A stretch of 64,000 nucleotides of DNA from Candidatus Spongiihabitans sp. (GTDB lineage Bacteria > Pseudomonadota > Gammaproteobacteria > Arenicellales > Poriferihabitantaceae): positions 1,697,160 through 1,761,159 of the forward strand of contig OZ253452.1 of NCBI GenBank assembly GCA_965261425.1, read 5' to 3'. Below, in pieces: positions 59,973-64,000 of the stretch. Both the position numbers and the translations under genes were made by a program. Numbering within the stretch: the first letter of the stretch is position 1; every line of letters starts with the position of its first letter. The notes under the pieces are model-generated. The model had not been told where the DNA came from. It did no database searches and was given only the letters and a program-made list of their open reading frames with translations.

Positions 59973-60113
59973 TATATAGGGAGAATGATAGCTTGCGTTT
60001 GAGAAAAACCGCAATGATAGAATGGATTTAGGTGTTGATAATCTTCTATGTAGGGATTGGGGTACACGTTACCGCAGGCATCTAACATTTCTTACCAAAA
60101 ACCTTGTCCTACT

Positions 60114-61394
60114 CTACGGTCGGATATGACCATTGCCGCGCACGATGTATTTTTGACAGGTTAGCCCTTCAAGACCAACCGGACCGCGAACGTGGAGTTT
60201 GTCGGTGCTAATGCCGATTTCGGCACCGAGTCCGTATTCAAAACCATCGGAAAATTGGGTTGAGGTATTGACCATGACCGAGCTGGAATCGACTTGGCGT
60301 AGAAACTGATCTTGGTGCATCGGGTTTTCGGTAATAATGGCATCGGTGTGGTGTGAACCGTAGTGTTGAATATGAGCGATTGCCTGATCAATGCCTTCGA
60401 CGATACGCACGGATAAAATGGCATCCAGATATTCGGTCGCCCAATCCTGTTCCGTTGCCGCTTTCAACTGCGGGATTATTCTTCGGCTTTGCTCGCAACC
60501 ACGTAACTCCACGCCCTTTTTTAGCAATTGCCGCCCTAATTCTGGGAGCACTTTGTCGGCGACCGTAGCGGCGATTAACAGGGTTTCCATCGCACCGCAG
60601 ATTCCATAGCGACGCGCCTTGGCGTTATAGGCGACTTTGATGGCTTTGTCGATATCGGCATCATCATCAATATAGACATGGCAAAGCCCTTGCAGATGTT
60701 TAATGACCGGCACCGTAGCATCACGACTGACGCGCTCGATGAGACTTTGCCCACCACGCGGCACGATGATGTCCACATATTGGGGCATGGTAATCAATTC
60801 GCCAACCGCAGCGCGATCTGTTGTTTCAATCAGTTGCGCGCAATGCACGTCAATGGCGGCTTGTTCAAGTCCTTGTGTGAGGCATTTTCCAAGCACCAAA
60901 TTGGTGTTAATCGCTTCCGAACCGCCCCGCAGAATCACCGCATTACCCGCCTTGAGGCAAAGGATAGCGGCATCAATGGTCACATTCGGACGCGACTCAT
61001 AAATGATCCCAATTACACCGAGCGGGACACGCATCTTGGCGATTTTTATGCCGCTTGGGCGTTCGTCCCAGCGCGTCATTTCGCCTATCGGGTCATTGAG
61101 TTCGGCAACCTGCCGACATCCTGCTGCCATCGCCGCCACGCGCTGTTGGTTTAATTCAAGCCGATCCAACAACGCGCTGGTCAAACTGTTTTTTCTGCCA
61201 GCAGTGAGGTCTTTGGCATTTTCGGCAAGAATAGTCGAGCAATTTTTCTCAATTTCGATAGCGATGTGTTCCAGCACGGCATTTTTTTTTGCTGTGCTGG
61301 CATGGGCAATGACTGTTGCCGACTTGACTGCCGCACGACCGAGTCGCGCCATGTAAGACGCGACATCAAAATTTTCTGCTGTATTTAAGGTCAT
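60114..61394 (-). CDS. proA: gamma-glutamyl phosphate reductase
   Basis: 426-aa ORF of the aldehyde-dehydrogenase fold, with IYESRPNVT and the catalytic-Cys region [12 protein letters not shown]. Confidence 0.93.
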   Translation of the reverse strand: MTLNTAENFDVASYMARLGRAAVKSATVIAHASTAKKNAVLEHIAIEIEKNCSTILAENAKDLTAGRKNSLTSALLDRLELNQQRVAAMAAGCRQVAELNDPIGEMTRWDERPSGIKIAKMRVPLGVIGIIYESRPNVTIDAAILCLKAGNAVILRGGSEAINTNLVLGKCLTQGLEQAAIDVHCAQLIETTDRAAVGELITMPQYVDIIVPRGGQSLIERVSRDATVPVIKHLQGLCHVYIDDDADIDKAIKVAYNAKARRYGICGAMETLLIAATVADKVLPELGRQLLKKGVELRGCEQSRRIIPQLKAATEQDWATEYLDAILSVRIVEGIDQAIAHIQHYGSHHTDAIITENPMHQDQFLRQVDSSSVMVNTSTQFSDGFEYGLGAEIGISTDKLHVRGPVGLEGLTCQKYIVRGNGHIRP

Positions 61395-61440
61395 GTTGGT
61401 GGATTGGTTTCGCGGATTAGAATTAGCGCATTGGGCAAGG

Positions 61441-62466
61441 TTAGCCTATTCTCAGTCCACACATACGCAGGCAAATACTCTCGATTTCTTCCCAAATATC
61501 CTGCCGTTGTAATGGTGCGCGTCCTTTGAGCATGAGGTCGGCGCGCCCCAAACGGCGCAAAATATTTTCCCATTGCGAGCGCGATAACCGTTGTAATGCG
61601 CTGTTGACTATTTTGCCCCGACTACTCCAAATACCATAGCGTTGAAAAAGTGATTGCGGACGCTCGCCCTTGTCCATGGCAGCTGCGAGTTGACACAGAA
61701 CACGGGTATCCCGCGCCAATGCCCATAGAATAATAACCGGCTCCAGTTGTTCTCGTTTCAAGCTCTGCAAAATGCGGGTAACCCGATGCGTCGATCCGGC
61801 AAGACAAGCGTCAACGAAGCTATATACATTAAATCGGGCGTGATCGGCAATAACATGTTCAACAATTTCTGCGCTGATTTGTTCTGTGGGATAGAGCAGG
61901 CTGAGCAGGTTAATTTCCTGAGCGGCTGCCAATAGATTACCTTCAACAAAATGACTCAATCGTTGCACAGCATCGGCATCGAATTTAAGACCCTCCGCGG
62001 TTAATCGCTGAGCGATCCAATCTGGCAGTTTGTCCGCACCGATGGACGGGCATTCGATGGCAACGCCCGCATCTGCGATGGCTTTGAACCATTTCACATT
62101 CTGGTTGCGTTTTTCAATCCCCGCACAAATGACAATCAGGCTGGTATCAGCCGCGTTTTCGCTCTGTGCGTAATCAATCAATGTCTTCGCGCCAACATCT
62201 CCGGGCTTGCCTGCGGGTAGGCGCAACTCGATGAGTTGTTTTTCTGAAAATAGCGACATCGTCTGACGGTATTCGAGCAATTGACTCCAATTGAATCCGG
62301 GCTCCATGGTGAAGCGCAACCTTTCCATGAAGCCCGCCCGTTTGGCACAGGCGCGGATTCGGTCAAGCGATTCCTCAACCAACAATGTTTCGGCACCGAA
62401 CAGCAGATACAAAGGCTGGAAGCCTTGTTTAAGATGAGCGGATAATGAGGCAAGACTAACGCGCAA
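61441..62466 (-). CDS. holA: DNA polymerase III delta subunit
   Basis: 341-aa ORF with the N-terminal [17 protein letters not shown] pattern. It lies in the conserved leuS-lptE-holA order. Confidence 0.85.
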   Translation of the reverse strand: MRVSLASLSAHLKQGFQPLYLLFGAETLLVEESLDRIRACAKRAGFMERLRFTMEPGFNWSQLLEYRQTMSLFSEKQLIELRLPAGKPGDVGAKTLIDYAQSENAADTSLIVICAGIEKRNQNVKWFKAIADAGVAIECPSIGADKLPDWIAQRLTAEGLKFDADAVQRLSHFVEGNLLAAAQEINLLSLLYPTEQISAEIVEHVIADHARFNVYSFVDACLAGSTHRVTRILQSLKREQLEPVIILWALARDTRVLCQLAAAMDKGERPQSLFQRYGIWSSRGKIVNSALQRLSRSQWENILRRLGRADLMLKGRAPLQRQDIWEEIESICLRMCGLRIG

Positions 62467-62988
62467 TTACCGCACCTGCTCTATTTGACTCAGTTGTCTT
62501 AGCAACTGCGATATAATTTCTTGCTCTATCTGTTTTTTCAAAAACGCCTCTTCTTGTTCAATTTGTAATACCTGAGTAGCATCATATTCCAGAGTCCGCT
62601 GCTGGGAAATGATGCTACGCGGCCGCAAAACCACGCCGTTGCTGTCGCTGACCTGATAATCAACCGTATAAGTATAGTCATAACCTGTCGCAAGACCTGC
62701 CGCATCTAAGGTTCTTACACTCTTTTGGTATTCACTTCTTGATATAAAAAGAGTCGCGGCACTATCGGCTTCGACGACCACAGAACCGCTTTGTTGCAGA
62801 CGTTGCACAAGTTGTTCGTTGAACATGCGATTTCCACCTACGACGGAAATTCGCGAGAGTACTGGTGGCATCTCGACACTCTCCCGTAGCTTAAAACCAC
62901 AGCCAGTGATGAGCGCAAGACCAATAACTAGCAGTGCCAAACGGTTCGACAGAGCATGTTTTTGATGATGAGTAAGCAATATGCACAT
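62467..62988 (-). CDS. lptE: LPS assembly lipoprotein LptE
   Basis: 173-aa ORF with lipobox LITGCGF, between leuS and holA. Confidence 0.78.
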   Translation of the reverse strand: MCILLTHHQKHALSNRLALLVIGLALITGCGFKLRESVEMPPVLSRISVVGGNRMFNEQLVQRLQQSGSVVVEADSAATLFISRSEYQKSVRTLDAAGLATGYDYTYTVDYQVSDSNGVVLRPRSIISQQRTLEYDATQVLQIEQEEAFLKKQIEQEIISQLLRQLSQIEQVR

Positions 62989-63079
62989 GGCAAGATTATA
63001 AGCCTACCGCATCAGGATAGCACTCATAAGTTCGGGTTCAGCAGGCAATCAAGTCGCCTAACCATCTGCCGACAGCATT

Positions 63080-63140
63080 GTTAATTGAAAATGAAACCGG
63101 AAAACCCTTGCGGGTTTGTTTGTTTTACTGGATTGTTCCT
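63080..63140. repeat. R1 mosaic intergenic repeat, copy f (short form)
   Basis: TTAATTGAAAATGAAACCGGAAAACCCTTGCGGGTTTGTTTGTTTTACTGGATTG is nearly the reverse complement of copy b. Confidence 0.55.
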
Positions 63141-63318
63141 CGGCAATTGCTCCTGCATTGCTCTACTAAGAGACATCCGTGTAGCGATGCATTATTTGCA
63201 CTTTCACCGTCCATGGTGGTCGGAAATGCTCGTTTTCGATCTGTTTTATTCTCTGTGTCCTCTATGTCGAGTGGTGCTGTGTCGCGCGTCCTCTTTATTG
63301 GGCTAATATGGAATGGGG

Positions 63319-64000
63319 TTAAACAACGATATTGACCAGTTTCCCCGGCACCACAATCATTTTCTTGATGGGCTTGTCGGCAATGTACTGTTGGGTTTTT
63401 TCATCGGCGATTGCGCGCATTTCTATCTCCTGTTTGCTACTGGATATTGAAACATCAATTTCGCTGCGTAATTTTCCGTTGACCTGAATCATCAGTTTCA
63501 AGGTATCACGTTTGAGCGCTTCATCGTCCACGCTGGGCCAACACGCATCGATAACATCACCCGCTTCGCCAAGATCGTGCCATAGCCGATGTGCGATGTG
63601 CGGTGTGATGGGGGCAAGCACTTTATTCAGTATAATCAGGCTTTCGCGTAACACTGCCGCACAATCGGGGTTCGTTTCGGCAGCAAATTTTTCCAGTACA
63701 AATTTCTCTAGCGCATTGAGTAGTTCCATCGCACCGGCGGCAACGGTGTTATAGTGAATTTTTTCGTAGTCGTGGCGTATTTTATCCAGTATTTGATGCG
63801 TGAGTCGGCGCATTTCTTTTGCCGACACATCGCTGATATGTTTTCCCCAGCGCGGCTCAGCCAGCATTTCCTGCGCCGATAAAATCGCATTTTTGCTGTT
63901 CTGAACCAAAACCCACCAGCGTCTCAAGAAACGGTCGGCACCAGCTACGGCAGCAACATTCCATTCCAGCGTTTTTTCTGCTGGCGCGGCAAACATGATG
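63319..64000 (-). CDS. leuS: leucine--tRNA ligase, C-terminal part (gene continues beyond the right edge)
   Basis: The ORF is open to the window end. It has the C-terminal anticodon-binding and C-terminal-domain pattern (...LAPITPHIAHRLWHDLG...MIQVNGKLRSEIDV...KKMIVVPGKLVNIVV). Confidence 0.9.
   Translation of the reverse strand, partial: IMFAAPAEKTLEWNVAAVAGADRFLRRWWVLVQNSKNAILSAQEMLAEPRWGKHISDVSAKEMRRLTHQILDKIRHDYEKIHYNTVAAGAMELLNALEKFVLEKFAAETNPDCAAVLRESLIILNKVLAPITPHIAHRLWHDLGEAGDVIDACWPSVDDEALKRDTLKLMIQVNGKLRSEIDVSISSSKQEIEMRAIADEKTQQYIADKPIKKMIVVPGKLVNIVV

Noticed and set aside
830-63140. CRISPR array
   Set aside because: The recurring R1, R2 and R3 sequences are dispersed kilobases apart, occur in both orientations, and are not separated by uniform short spacers. 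No cas genes are present.
1-64000. tRNA, rRNA or other structured RNA genes
   Set aside because: Scanning the intergenic regions by eye, I found no T-arm/GTTCGAATC-like or anticodon-stem patterns and no rRNA-like sequence. A covariance-model scan would be needed to exclude small RNAs. The R1 hairpins are the only conspicuous structured elements.

Overview
This window is a chromosomal segment of a Gram-negative bacterium with gammaproteobacterium-like gene order. Ordinary housekeeping blocks are interleaved with a heavy load of insertion sequences and gene wreckage.

Housekeeping genes:
- ispD-ispF and a HIT protein
- ccmCDEFGHI
- acnA, then a cupin plus an MFS transporter
- a sugar-phosphate nucleotidyltransferase
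- tctCBA (TTT transporter) and a TRAP PQM transporter
- EamA and MATE exporters
- yggX-mutY
- yejABE
- ptsN-hpf-rpoN-lptBAC-kdsD
- proA
- holA-lptE-leuS

Mobile DNA covers about 14 kb by my coordinate sums, roughly a fifth of the window, from at least six IS families:
- Three near-identical 1773-bp IS5/IS1182-like copies with intact 552-aa transposases and 6-bp AT-rich target duplications.
- One IS630 whose two ORFs are bridged by an A7 run.
- Two damaged IS30 copies plus a solo end.
- Degenerate ISNCY-like copies.
- A 5'-truncated IS5-family copy.
- An IS1634-like element.

Pseudogenes:
- A trimeric autotransporter adhesin split by the IS1634-like element, which carries a 155-bp target duplication and is itself split by an IS5/IS1182-like copy.
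- A lipoprotein gene split by IS.
- Two unrelated truncated type I hsdR genes abutting IS30 copies.
- A frameshifted capD/wbpM-like gene.
- Remnants of a purine catabolic set (xdhA, xdhB, xdhC, guaD).
- A DUF4258 toxin-like gene cut by IS30.
- A secreted protein truncated by IS debris.

Several families of short mosaic intergenic repeats (called R1, R2 and R3 here) recur across the window.

I found no rRNA, tRNA, CRISPR array or prophage, and no coherent multi-gene system of a novel type. The most interesting signals are the repeat families and the IS-driven genome decay. All functional calls rest on by-eye motif and family recognition from the supplied translations. No database search was possible.
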